From positions 32,001 through 96,000 of IMG/VR virus record IMGVR_UViG_3300033146_003955: a stretch of 64,000 bases of DNA; one strand, given 5' to 3'. The first letter of the stretch is position 1. Each line of letters begins with the position of its first letter. This DNA is from a virus. This document shows positions 21,094 through 30,367 of this stretch, piece by piece. The position numbers and the translations under genes were made by a program. The notes beneath the pieces are model-generated. The model was not told the DNA's origin and searched no databases. It was given only the letters and a program-made list of their open reading frames with translations.

Positions 21094-21468
21094 ATGGTAA
21101 AAATAAGTATTAAAGCAATGGCAACATTATTACGAGAAAAGAAAGAAGAACGCAAAGCAACTCAACGAGCATATTCAAAAATATATTTTAATGGCGAATT
21201 TAATTCAAAAACTTGGCTCAAACAACCTGAGAAATATCTTCAAATTAAACCAATCTTAAATAAAATGGTAGATACTCAATACCAACCTCAAACTATGAAG
21301 GAAGATTTCCGTACTCAGCACATTGTTGATTCAATGTGTAAGGGTAGAAGCATCTCCCAGATTGAGTCTAAGACTCGAGGTACTGAAGATTATAGAATAA
21401 TAAGAGAGAGGTGTTGTAGAGATGCTGTCTCCATCTTAGAAGATATGGGAAAAGAGTGGATTGATTAA
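21094..21468 (+). CDS. Basic hypothetical phage protein
   Basis: AGGAG SD; 'FRTQHIVDSMCKGRSISQIE' motif. Confidence 0.65.
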   Translation: MVKISIKAMATLLREKKEERKATQRAYSKIYFNGEFNSKTWLKQPEKYLQIKPILNKMVDTQYQPQTMKEDFRTQHIVDSMCKGRSISQIESKTRGTEDYRIIRERCCRDAVSILEDMGKEWID

Positions 21469-21502
21469 GCATATTTAAAAGTACTTAAAGGTACCTTTTT
21501 AT

Positions 21503-21574
21503 GTCCTATTCGTCTAGTGGTAAGGCACTGGTCTCTAAAACCAGTCAACAACAGTTCGATTCTGTTATGGGACA
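21503..21574 (+). tRNA. tRNA with CUA anticodon (amber suppressor), Glu/Gln-like body
   Basis: Acceptor GTCCTAT/ATGGGAC, D stem GTCT/AGGC, anticodon stem CTGGT/ACCAG with loop CT-CTA-AA, T arm AACAG-TTCGATT-CTGTT. CCA not encoded. Confidence 0.88.
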
Positions 21575-21580
21575 CTACAT

Positions 21581-21741
21581 GGGGATTAGTATATAAGCTA
21601 GTACAGTCGTTAATCGAGTGTAACAGTATCTGGAAACCACTGCAGGGGCGGTACAGAAAAGCTATACACAGTATAGGAGTTGCAACTCTTGTACTTAAAG
21701 TGATTAAAGAAAGGAGAGAGGTTCATAGCCTCTTGTCCCCC
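21581..21741 (+). ncRNA. tRNA-like RNA with a large structured insert in place of the anticodon arm
   Basis: GGGGAT/GTCCCC acceptor-like pairing, D-like stem GTAT/GTAC, T arm AGAGG-TTCATAG-CCTCT, internal TTAATC/GATTAA stem and an 11-bp hairpin at 21670-21695. Confidence 0.55.
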
Positions 21742-21764
21742 TTATTTTATAAAAGGAAAATATA

Positions 21765-22118
21765 ATGAGACAGATTAAAAGAGTACCGGAAAATGGCTTT
21801 ATTTATATAATTGCAAAACGTGATAAACATGATGTTTTAAGAGTTCATAGTACGGAAGGTTTATATGCACGACATAACAGTTTCGGTGAAAAAGAGGGAC
21901 TAGTTTATTTATATAATAAAAAAGAATTACTTAAAATTAAAACGAAGAAGGACGATTTTGTTATTAAGATAACATCTAAAGCTATAAAACAAATGTATGA
22001 AATAACACGTAAGAAAAGTTGGGATATATATTCTTATTATATTAAAGATAGAGTTGATCCTCTTTATAGGACGGCATTAAAATATGGAAATGGTAAACAT
22101 TCAAAGCATGTTGCATAA
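21765..22118 (+). CDS. Hypothetical protein
   Basis: AAGGA SD. Confidence 0.55.
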   Translation: MRQIKRVPENGFIYIIAKRDKHDVLRVHSTEGLYARHNSFGEKEGLVYLYNKKELLKIKTKKDDFVIKITSKAIKQMYEITRKKSWDIYSYYIKDRVDPLYRTALKYGNGKHSKHVA

Positions 22119-22184
22119 TTTATATTATGCAGAAAAGGCTAAAGCTTTATTATTAAGACCATATTGTTTCCATTGGAGTTCCAA

Positions 22185-22463
22185 ATGAATGAGGAAGTGA
22201 AAGCTAAACATCTCCTTTTAGGAAGCAAATGTAGTAATTGTATATATTGTGGTGCTGAGCCTAATAAAATTAGTTGTGTTCTCTCTCAATCATCTATAGG
22301 TAAAAATCGTATTTTTATACATGAAAATTTTTGTAGTTTTTATCTCTCAGACAAACTTATGAAAAATGAAAATTTCCATAGCAAGGTATATTCTAATTTA
22401 AAAAATTTTGGAAATTTGGAGAATGTTGTTAAGGAAATGGAGACATATCGTGGAATTAGCTAA
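22185..22463 (+). CDS. AKxLL-tagged small Cys-rich protein
   Basis: MNEEVKAKHLLLGSKCSNC...C...C. Confidence 0.6.
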   Translation: MNEEVKAKHLLLGSKCSNCIYCGAEPNKISCVLSQSSIGKNRIFIHENFCSFYLSDKLMKNENFHSKVYSNLKNFGNLENVVKEMETYRGIS

Positions 22464-22725
22464 ACAACTTTTATTAGGGAGGGATTGTAAGAACTGTATA
22501 TATTATACTACTCGTGAAAAGCTTGTGAGCGATCGTTGTATGTTGGAACATTATCCTGGAAGGGGAGACGATTATCCAGGTCATAATTTGTGCACCTCAT
22601 ATGCTTCTTGCACTATACAGAATAATAATGATTTTATGCGTGCTATAATGCTTCGCAAGAATTACGTCACATTTGATGATATGAAATACTTTGTAGAAAA
22701 AGTAGAAGAATATAAAGATGAATGA
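22450..22725 (+). CDS. AKxLL-tagged small Cys-rich protein
   Basis: GTG start after GGAG; VELAKQLLLGRDCKNC...C...C. Confidence 0.6.
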   Translation: MELAKQLLLGRDCKNCIYYTTREKLVSDRCMLEHYPGRGDDYPGHNLCTSYASCTIQNNNDFMRAIMLRKNYVTFDDMKYFVEKVEEYKDE

Positions 22726-22736
22726 TTTAAAAATAT

Positions 22737-22916
22737 ATGAAGTATAGAAACGAAGTAAGATCTACAATATATGTAAGGCCGCTACATAATCCTAAACGAG
22801 GGAAATGTGATTTATGTTCTACTTATACTTGGACACATAATACAGAGTTTGAAGGTGAGGAATTATATCTTTGTAATAAATGTAAAGAGGATTTGTTTTA
22901 TCATGAAAGTAGGTGA
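22737..22916 (+). CDS. 59-aa Zn-ribbon protein (not in ORF track)
   Basis: Translated by hand: ...GKCDLC...LCNKCK... Confidence 0.5.
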   Translation: MKYRNEVRSTIYVRPLHNPKRGKCDLCSTYTWTHNTEFEGEELYLCNKCKEDLFYHESR

Positions 22917-23151
22917 TTGGCTTTTTGAGGCACATGATATAGGAGGAGATGAAATAAATATATTAATGGAAATTATATATATTGATAAAGATGAACTTGA
23001 AGTTATGTGGTATGATACGAAAGAAAGTTGGCCAGAAATAGATAAAGAAGTAATAGCAAGAGATGAAATAGAACGTTATTTAGACACAGGCGATATTGTA
23101 ATAATAAATGAAATAGAAGCAGCTAAATATTTATTAGCGGGGATAAAATGA
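22903..23151 (+). CDS. Small SH3-like protein with C-terminal AKxLL
   Basis: MKVGDWL...IEAAKYLLAGIK. Confidence 0.55.
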   Translation: MKVGDWLFEAHDIGGDEINILMEIIYIDKDELEVMWYDTKESWPEIDKEVIARDEIERYLDTGDIVIINEIEAAKYLLAGIK

Positions 23152-23657
23152 CAAGCGGAAAATTAATTGAATTATTGAAAGAAGTAGATCCAGAAGGTAA
23201 ATATCATATAAGAGCAAGTGGTGGTGCAGTTTTAGATGTTGAGAGGAAACCTGGTTATTGGGACGGGATGTATAGATATTTTGATGAGGATGGTAATTTT
23301 GTAATTTCCACTGAAGGTGATAAAATTGATATTGATTCTATAGACCTAGAAACATGGATTTGGAATAGTAAAGGAAATGAAGATAAGGTTAAATTTGATC
23401 TAACTTACTTAGATGATGGTGAACACGAGAGAGATATTAAAGATAAAATCAAAGAATATGTAAAAGATAGAGACAGGTTAAGTGATCAATTTATGAAATC
23501 TTCTGTTTATGACATAATGTTGAAGATAAAAGGAGGCTGGAAAATTATTCAGAGGGGTGAAAAATGGTCTGGTACTTACTATGTTAAAGGTGTGAGAAAG
23601 AAGAAATTAACTGTGGGTGAAATAAGAACGCTAAAGGATTCGAAGCTCTTTAAATAA
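23148..23657 (+). CDS. Hypothetical phage protein
   Basis: Operonic ORF with a PGYWDG motif. Confidence 0.6.
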   Translation: MTSGKLIELLKEVDPEGKYHIRASGGAVLDVERKPGYWDGMYRYFDEDGNFVISTEGDKIDIDSIDLETWIWNSKGNEDKVKFDLTYLDDGEHERDIKDKIKEYVKDRDRLSDQFMKSSVYDIMLKIKGGWKIIQRGEKWSGTYYVKGVRKKKLTVGEIRTLKDSKLFK

Positions 23658-23723
23658 AAAAAAGGTAGATGGAAATTAATAGTTAAAATGTAATTAAATA
23701 CCTCCTCCCCCTAAAGATAGTAT

Positions 23724-23981
23724 ATGATATATTTCACACCGGAGTTGTATACTTTCTATTCATATGGAATTAATTATGAAACTCGTTACTATTATCACTT
23801 TGATGAGAGTATTGACGTTTGGTATTATTTAATTTATGAAAATGGTCGTATAATTAGAAGCCATGAATTTGATAAATTTCTTCGTCTTCGTTATGATGAT
23901 CACGATAAAATTGATTATGACCCCTCCAATAAAATATGTCATGAATTTTTTCAATTTGTATTTAGATTCGAAGGATTATAA
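23724..23981 (+). CDS. Hypothetical protein
   Basis: Directly follows a TAAAGATA motif. Confidence 0.5.
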   Translation: MIYFTPELYTFYSYGINYETRYYYHFDESIDVWYYLIYENGRIIRSHEFDKFLRLRYDDHDKIDYDPSNKICHEFFQFVFRFEGL

Positions 23982-24080
23982 TGGCAAATAGAAATGGAAG
24001 AAGGTGATCAAATAAGGAATAAGTAGAAAACAAACTTAATAAAAGCATAATTAAATATATAACTAAAAGTAGGAGTAAAT

Positions 24081-24377
24081 ATGAAATTAAAAGTATTCGG
24101 CGATAGAATTGTTTTTAGAGCCCTTCCAGATGACCAAGTCATAGAAGAGAAATCAGCAGGTGGTATCATTATACCCCAAGCAGTCAGAGAAAATATGAAA
24201 GCTCAAAGACGTAACTACAAAGGTGAAGTAGTTATGGCGGGTGATAAATGCGAATTTGTTAAGGAAGGCGATATAGTTAGCTATGATGAATACGGTGTTG
24301 CATCCTTTTGGCATTTAGGTGAAGAATTGATAATTGTTCGTGAGAAGGATTTAATTGGAAAATATGACGAAGATTAA
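24081..24377 (+). CDS. groES: Co-chaperonin GroES-like (capsid-folding co-chaperone)
   Basis: LKVFGDRIV, KSAGGIIIP, GEVVMAG, VKEGDIV, IVREKDLIG. Confidence 0.85.
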   Translation: MKLKVFGDRIVFRALPDDQVIEEKSAGGIIIPQAVRENMKAQRRNYKGEVVMAGDKCEFVKEGDIVSYDEYGVASFWHLGEELIIVREKDLIGKYDED

Positions 24378-25456
24378 TGCCTTCTAAATTAACAACCAAA
24401 GAATTTATAAATAAAGCTAAACAAATACATGGCAACAAATATGATTATTCTTTGGTTGATTATAAAAATAATAAAACTAAAGTTAAAATAATATGTTCTA
24501 AGCATGGTATATTTGAACAGGTTGCATCGAATCATATGAACGGTTCGATTTGTCCAATTTGTGCAAATCGTGTTCAATACACAACTAAAGAATTTATAGA
24601 GAAAGCTAAACAAATACATGGTAACAAATATGATTACTCTTTGGTTGTATATAAAGGTAATAAAGGTAAAGTTAAAATAATATGTCCAGAACATGGTATA
24701 TTTGAACAAACGCCTAATAACCATTTAAGTAAAAAAGTTGAATGTCCAAAATGCAAAAATACTAAATATACAACTGAAGAATTTGTAGAGAAAGCTAAAC
24801 AAATACATGGCGAAAAGTATGATTATTCATTAGTTAATTATAAAAATATAAAAACTAAAATTAAAATAATATGCCCTAAACATGGTATATTCGAACAATT
24901 TCCGGTACATCATATTAGAGGCACAAAATGCGCTAAATGTGCAAATTCTAATTTGTATATGACTACCAATGATTTTATAAAAGAAGTCAAAAAAATACAT
25001 GGCGAAAAGTATGATTATTCTTTAGTTGATTATAAAGGTTATATATCAAAAATTAAAATTATATGTATAAAACATGGTATGTTTGAACAAGACACTTATT
25101 CGCATTTACACGGAAGTGGTTGTCCCAAATGTAAAGAAAGTCAAGGTGAAACTAAAGTTCGTTTATTTTTAGAAAAGAAAAATATAAATTATATACAAGA
25201 ATATAAATTTAAAAATTGTGTTTCGAAAGAATCATTAAGATTTGATTTTTATCTTCCTACTGAAAATATCTTAATAGAATATGATGGAGAACAACATTTT
25301 AAAGCTATGAATTATTTTGGTGGCATTGAAGCCTTTAATAGATTAAAAATACGAGATGAAATAAAAAACCAATATTGTATTGATAATGATATACAATTGA
25401 TAAGAATTAAATATGATGAAAGCGTAGAAGATAGATTAAATGAAAGTAATCTTTGA
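24377..25456 (+). CDS. DUF723-type Zn-repeat endonuclease (4 repeats plus Vsr/PD-(D/E)XK-like domain)
   Basis: TTxEFIxKAKxxHGxKYDYSLVxY...IICxxHGxFxQ...H...CxxC repeats; C-terminal FDFY..LIEYDGxQH. Confidence 0.8.
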   Translation: MPSKLTTKEFINKAKQIHGNKYDYSLVDYKNNKTKVKIICSKHGIFEQVASNHMNGSICPICANRVQYTTKEFIEKAKQIHGNKYDYSLVVYKGNKGKVKIICPEHGIFEQTPNNHLSKKVECPKCKNTKYTTEEFVEKAKQIHGEKYDYSLVNYKNIKTKIKIICPKHGIFEQFPVHHIRGTKCAKCANSNLYMTTNDFIKEVKKIHGEKYDYSLVDYKGYISKIKIICIKHGMFEQDTYSHLHGSGCPKCKESQGETKVRLFLEKKNINYIQEYKFKNCVSKESLRFDFYLPTENILIEYDGEQHFKAMNYFGGIEAFNRLKIRDEIKNQYCIDNDIQLIRIKYDESVEDRLNESNL

Positions 25457-25742
25457 GAAAGTACCAAGATGTGATAAATGTCCATATTTTCATATGCATG
25501 ATGTTCCGTACGATGTAGAAATTGATGCGGAACAATGGTATGAATGTGGTTTAACAGATAAAATACTTATCTATTTTGAAAAGTTAGACGAATGGCAAAG
25601 AGAACATGAAATGAAATACCCTTTCACAATTCCAATTTGGTGTCCGCTTGAAAATTGGGACCTTTTTCATTACGCAATAGATGCTACAAAAGAGCAGCAA
25701 ATGATGTTATTTGCGGAAGAATCTAAAGATAAGCATAATTGA
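25440..25742 (+). CDS. Small Cys-containing protein
   Basis: CDKCPY...EC...IPIWCPL. Confidence 0.55.
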   Translation: MKVIFEKVPRCDKCPYFHMHDVPYDVEIDAEQWYECGLTDKILIYFEKLDEWQREHEMKYPFTIPIWCPLENWDLFHYAIDATKEQQMMLFAEESKDKHN

Positions 25743-25790
25743 TGATGTTCCTTTTGCGAGGAATATATTTTTATATAGGAGGAGCCTAGA

Positions 25791-26432
25791 ATGCAAAACG
25801 TGTTAGACAGCAGAGTGTTAGTACTCAACAAAAATTATAGTCCAATAAGAACTACCTCAGTTAGAGAAGCCTTTACAAAAATCTTCTCAGAAGCTGCTGA
25901 AGTTATAACAGTGGAAGACGGAGTTTATATGAACTACGACTTTGGCTCATGGTCAGAGTTATCAGAGTTTAAGCAGCTCTATGATGCGGACGATACTGAA
26001 CTAGAATTTGTTGATTGGATTAATACCCCGAATACTAAACTTGTGGTTCCTCGTGTGATTAGACTTACTAAATATGATAAAATGCCTAAGTATCAATTAC
26101 GTCTAACTCGTAAGAATATTTATGAGAGAGACGGATATACTTGCCAATACTGTGGAAATAAATATGCGACTGAAGATTTAAATCTCGACCATGTTACACC
26201 TCGCTCTAAAGGCGGAAAGAATACTTGGACAAATCTTGTTTGTTCTTGTATCTCCTGCAACAGGAAGAAGAAGGCACATACTCTTAAAGAGGCTGGTATG
26301 AAGTTACGTAAGAAACCAGTTAAACCACATGAAAATTTCGCCTTCCGTGTGGGTTCTAAAGCTAAAAAGTATAAAGATTGGGAACATTTCCTATCAGACG
26401 CATATTTTAATGTTACATTAGACGAAAGTTAG
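25791..26432 (+). CDS. HNH endonuclease (McrA-like)
   Basis: VLVLN...RKNIYERDGYTCQYCG...DHVTPRSKGG..W.NLV.SC..CN.KK. Confidence 0.88.
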   Translation: MQNVLDSRVLVLNKNYSPIRTTSVREAFTKIFSEAAEVITVEDGVYMNYDFGSWSELSEFKQLYDADDTELEFVDWINTPNTKLVVPRVIRLTKYDKMPKYQLRLTRKNIYERDGYTCQYCGNKYATEDLNLDHVTPRSKGGKNTWTNLVCSCISCNRKKKAHTLKEAGMKLRKKPVKPHENFAFRVGSKAKKYKDWEHFLSDAYFNVTLDES

Positions 26433-26440
26433 ATAAAATT

Positions 26441-26469
26441 AAGGAGTGAATAAAATCACTCCTTTTTTT
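26441..26469 (+). terminator. Rho-independent terminator
   Basis: AAGGAGTGA-loop-TCACTCCTT followed by a T-tract. Confidence 0.8.
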
Positions 26470-26495
26470 ATTTATATTGTAGCATAGTTGTTTAT

Positions 26496-26924
26496 ATGAC
26501 AGATGAAAAAGAAAAACAATTGACAGAACGATTTTCATTCCTTAGAACTAGTGGTGATCCGACGAAGGATTTAATGGTTCTCGGTTTCGCATGTAATGAC
26601 GGTTGGTTTCAGACCATCTGGGACCTTTGCGAAGATTTAGATAAGATGAATAAAGAAAGGATGAAAAACATCTCCCAAGATGAGATTGCTAAAGCCATTT
26701 TAGACCACGGGTACAATCCATATGAATTTAAAGTTGTACAAGTTAAAGAGAAATTTGGCTCTCTTAGATTTTATACCAACGTCGCTAATGATAAGATGTA
26801 TAAAAGAATTCGAGAAGCTGAGGATGCCACGACTGAAATATGTGAGGATTGCGGTGCACCTGGTTCTATAAGAAATAATGGTTGGATTAAATGCCAATGC
26901 GATAAATGTTTTGAGAATAAATGA
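26496..26924 (+). CDS. Phage protein of the DGW...QVKEKFGxLRFY type with Zn ribbon; carries an internal AKxIL
   Basis: Named motifs plus CEDCG...CDKC. Confidence 0.7.
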   Translation: MTDEKEKQLTERFSFLRTSGDPTKDLMVLGFACNDGWFQTIWDLCEDLDKMNKERMKNISQDEIAKAILDHGYNPYEFKVVQVKEKFGSLRFYTNVANDKMYKRIREAEDATTEICEDCGAPGSIRNNGWIKCQCDKCFENK

Positions 26925-27241
26925 ATATGGAAGAAAACCAATTGGCCAAAGATCTCTTAACTGGTAGATCATCTATTACGTATGTAAAAAAGAATTATAG
27001 TATGAAATTTATGATGCGTGCATCTACTAAGAAAAAGGATTTATATTTCTTTAAAACTCTTTTTAGATATCTAACCCAAAAAAAATATTCGTCGCTATAT
27101 ACATGTAGAAAAATATATAATTTTAACTTTCCTTCAGATGAAAGTAGTTTCGTAATGATGGAAATAAAATTTGACAGGACATCTCCTTGCACTACTGCGG
27201 ACGATCGGTGGGAATCATATAAAAAATTAATGAAAAATTAA
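26921..27241 (+). CDS. AKxLL-tagged hypothetical protein
   Basis: MEENQLAKDLLTGRS. Confidence 0.55.
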   Translation: MNMEENQLAKDLLTGRSSITYVKKNYSMKFMMRASTKKKDLYFFKTLFRYLTQKKYSSLYTCRKIYNFNFPSDESSFVMMEIKFDRTSPCTTADDRWESYKKLMKN

Positions 27242-27289
27242 ATTTTGGATATGTACATAAATGTAGTATAATAACATTAGGAGAATAAT

Positions 27290-28579
27290 ATGTTAAATGA
27301 TTTATACAATTTAGTAAAAGAATTAAATACTACAAACTCAAGTAATAAGAAGAAAGAGATATTAATAAAGTATCCTCAATGTAAAGAACTTCTTATATGG
27401 GTTTATTCATATAAAACGCTTTTTAATGTCACATCTAAGAATGTAAAAAAAAGGAGTGATTTAAAAGATGCAACTGCTTTTGAAGACATTATAGAACTTT
27501 TAACGGCCCTTAATAATAGAGATATTACAGGCCATGCTGCCATTTCAGCAGTTAATGCCTTCATAGAACATAACTCAGAATTTGAAGATCTCATTTATTT
27601 AATTATAGATAAGAATTTAAAAACACGTACAGACACCTCACTTATCAATAAAGTATGGCCGGGTCTTATACCTACATTTGACGTACAGTTAGCAATTGAT
27701 TATGAGAAGCAGAAACATAAAGTTGATTATGTAAAAGATGAATGGAGATCGAGTCGAAAATTAGATGGCGTAAGGTGTATAGTAAAATGTAACGATAGAG
27801 GAATACCGTCATTTTTTTCGAGGGAAGGTAGAGAGTTCACGACGCTTAATAATATTAAAGAAGATATTATGCATCTTCCTTTAGCATTAAGGAAAAATAA
27901 AGTTTTTGACGGTGAGATTTGTATAGTAGACGAGAATGGTAATGAAAATTATAAATCTATTATGAATGTTATTAAAAAGAAAAATTTTACCATTCCCAAT
28001 CCTCGTCTCATCCTCTTTGATTATTTGAAAATGGATGAATTTCTAACTAAAAAAGGGAAAATAATATTTTCTAAGAGATATGAAGCCCTCAAACTTCTTC
28101 CCTTCAATCCTAGATTTATAGTAGTTACAGACCAGATTCTTATTAAAGATGAAGACCATTTCCAAGAGTTGAGGGATGAAGCAACTGATAATGGGTGGGA
28201 AGGCTTAATAATAAGAAAGGATGTTGTTTACAAGGGAAAGAGAAGTAATGATATGCTTAAAGTTAAGAAATTCCACGATGCTGAATATACAGTTGTTGGT
28301 ATTGAAACTGGACTTTTTAGAATAATTGATAAAGTTACTAAACTTGAGAGAGAAGAAGATATGCTTACTAGGGTTAATATTCTCCATAAAGGCAATGTTG
28401 TTGGTGTTGGAAGTGGTTTTTCTATTAGTGAAAGGCAACGTTATTTTCTCCATCCTGAAGAAATTATCGGAAAGGAAATAACTGTACGCTATTTTGAAAC
28501 AACAAAAGACAAGAATGGAAAGGAAAGTTTAAGATTTCCAACTGTTAAGTTTATATTTGAAAATGGAAGAGATGTATGA
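27290..28579 (+). CDS. ATP-dependent DNA ligase
   Basis: KLDGVRC, FDGEI, EGLIIR, KRSNDMLKVK, VGSGFS, SLRFP. Confidence 0.92.
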   Translation: MLNDLYNLVKELNTTNSSNKKKEILIKYPQCKELLIWVYSYKTLFNVTSKNVKKRSDLKDATAFEDIIELLTALNNRDITGHAAISAVNAFIEHNSEFEDLIYLIIDKNLKTRTDTSLINKVWPGLIPTFDVQLAIDYEKQKHKVDYVKDEWRSSRKLDGVRCIVKCNDRGIPSFFSREGREFTTLNNIKEDIMHLPLALRKNKVFDGEICIVDENGNENYKSIMNVIKKKNFTIPNPRLILFDYLKMDEFLTKKGKIIFSKRYEALKLLPFNPRFIVVTDQILIKDEDHFQELRDEATDNGWEGLIIRKDVVYKGKRSNDMLKVKKFHDAEYTVVGIETGLFRIIDKVTKLEREEDMLTRVNILHKGNVVGVGSGFSISERQRYFLHPEEIIGKEITVRYFETTKDKNGKESLRFPTVKFIFENGRDV

Positions 28580-28749
28580 TAATTGAAATGGGGTCTATGC
28601 CGATAAACTGGCGGAGAGCAGATATAGTTTTAGTTCATAAAGATAAAGAAATTTATGAAGTAGGAAAGGATAGGCAAAATATATTTGCAAACCTGCCTAG
28701 CACTCTTCACGTAAGTGAAATAGCTAAAATGTTATTAGTGAGAACATAA
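28576..28749 (+). CDS. 57-aa protein with C-terminal AKxLL (not in ORF track)
   Basis: Translated by hand: ...RADIVLVH...YEVGKDR...SEIAKMLLVRT; overlaps both neighbouring genes. Confidence 0.6.
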   Translation: MIIEMGSMPINWRRADIVLVHKDKEIYEVGKDRQNIFANLPSTLHVSEIAKMLLVRT

Positions 28750-29045
28750 TGGATTTAAGCCAATATAAAAGTATTTTTATTACTAAATATAAAATTAATT
28801 ATACTGGAGCAAAAATACCTGATGACAAAGGTTCTGCTCTTAATACATATAGAGCTGATTTAATTTTAATTGATACTGGTAATAACGTTTTTAAAGTTGT
28901 TAAAGATAGATACGAAGCAGCAAATAACACAATAATAATAACTGATAATGAGATGGCAAAATTACAATTATTAGATAATATATTACAACCAATAAAAGGA
29001 ATTAAATTAAAACGAAAGCCAAGATGGTTATTGCAGTTAATATGA
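28749..29045 (+). CDS. Paralog of 28576/29872 with AKxxLL
   Basis: RADLILI...FKVVKDRY...EMAKLQLL. Confidence 0.6.
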   Translation: MDLSQYKSIFITKYKINYTGAKIPDDKGSALNTYRADLILIDTGNNVFKVVKDRYEAANNTIIITDNEMAKLQLLDNILQPIKGIKLKRKPRWLLQLI

Positions 29046-29224
29046 TTAAGTTTATAAATATTTTAGCATCTATACTTGCAACAGTAATATTGTTACTGCT
29101 GATAGCAGACTCTCCAATAGCAGGTATAATGTTATTATTTTTTATATTATTGTCTTCAGATAAAGTTACAGATTTAATTAAATTTATAAGGTTAAATATA
29201 AAGAGTATGAGGACGAAATAAGTA

Positions 29225-29833
29225 ATGACTAAAGAAGATTTTAAGAAGAAACTTAAAGGAAGAGAATTAGATTTCGCCACTTTCGTTGCTGAGGCTATAA
29301 TTATGGACCCAACTATCGAGGATTTAGAATTTGAAATAGCAAAAGATAGGTTGGAAAGATATACGAAAGAAGAATTGATAAAGAAGTTAAAGGATATGAA
29401 TAATATAACAACTTCCTTATATACAGCTATACATAGTTGGAGTAATCATAATTGTAATCATGAAAGATGGAAGGATAATGCAATAGATATTTATGAAAGA
29501 GCAATTAAACATGGTCTTATATATGATCGTTTCGGCCTTTATAACGACAAAGAGGTGGGAGTAGATTTGAGGGAGTATAAGAAAATAACTGTTCATGAGC
29601 CTACAGGGAAGATTAATCTTGATTGGACTTATATAACTAATGGGGAGGGTTATACAACTCTTGAAAATGATATGTATCCTGATTTAGAGCTGGTTAGAAC
29701 TTATAATGATCCTAATAAATTTTATATTCTTCAAAATAACAAAGGACCAAGAGGGTGTTTAACAACCATAGATGAGAGTAAAATAATGGCTATAGCAGCT
29801 AAAAATAAGTTGGTTGAAGATGAAACTGAGTGA
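29225..29833 (+). CDS. Two-domain hypothetical protein; C-terminal part related to the 28576 family
   Basis: PDLELV...FYILQNNKG...IAAKNKLVED. Confidence 0.55.
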   Translation: MTKEDFKKKLKGRELDFATFVAEAIIMDPTIEDLEFEIAKDRLERYTKEELIKKLKDMNNITTSLYTAIHSWSNHNCNHERWKDNAIDIYERAIKHGLIYDRFGLYNDKEVGVDLREYKKITVHEPTGKINLDWTYITNGEGYTTLENDMYPDLELVRTYNDPNKFYILQNNKGPRGCLTTIDESKIMAIAAKNKLVEDETE

Positions 29834-29871
29834 ATACAGGAATATTATTATAATAAAGCATATAGCTGATA

Positions 29872-30135
29872 ATGCTTGACTTAACATCATATAAAAATAT
29901 AGTAATAGCACGGCCTCGTAGGAATTTTGAAGAATTTAATGACGATGATAAAGATTTTAAATATTGTCCCCAAGTTTCAAATGAAGTATGGACTAAAACA
30001 GATCTTTTATTAGTACAAACTGAATATGATAATAAATATTACATTTATAAAAATAGATATGGAGATAAGGGTTGGAAAACGACTCTTACTGAAGAACAAG
30101 CTGCAAAAATATTTCTTACTACAAAACTTATTTAA
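29872..30135 (+). CDS. Paralog of 28749 with C-terminal AKxxL (likely leaderless)
   Basis: MLDLTSYKNI...TDLLLV...YIYKNRYG...EQAAKIFL. Confidence 0.6.
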   Translation: MLDLTSYKNIVIARPRRNFEEFNDDDKDFKYCPQVSNEVWTKTDLLLVQTEYDNKYYIYKNRYGDKGWKTTLTEEQAAKIFLTTKLI

Positions 30136-30202
30136 TTTTTATTAAAAATACTAATTTTATTAAAAATATATAAGATACTCTTAAGAAAACCGGGAGGGTT
30201 AT

Positions 30203-30367
30203 ATGTCTGAAAATCTTGAAAGATATGTCTTCATGTTTAAAGAATTACAACAACATGATTTAGAAGACCGACTTAGAAATAATTATGAAGATGAAATAAA
30301 TGAGTTGTATTATAATTTAAATGATGATGAATTAGAATATATAGCATATCATGAATTAGAAGTGTAA
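30203..30367 (+). CDS. 54-aa acidic protein (not in ORF track)
   Basis: GGGAGG SD; follows a TAAGATA motif. Confidence 0.5.
   Translation: MSENLERYVFMFKELQQHDLEDRLRNNYEDEINELYYNLNDDELEYIAYHELEV

Noticed and set aside
21581-21741. Canonical tmRNA
   Set aside because: Too short, has a D-like stem, and no tag reading frame or pseudoknots were recognisable.
21517-21765. 82-aa ORF in the track
   Set aside because: It overlaps the tRNA and tRNA-like RNA and has no SD; likely spurious.
22113-22156. Leaderless 9-aa peptide (MQKRLKLYY) 14 nt after a GCATAATT motif
   Set aside because: It conflicts with the overlapping 32-aa AKALLL frame and the two cannot be resolved from sequence alone.
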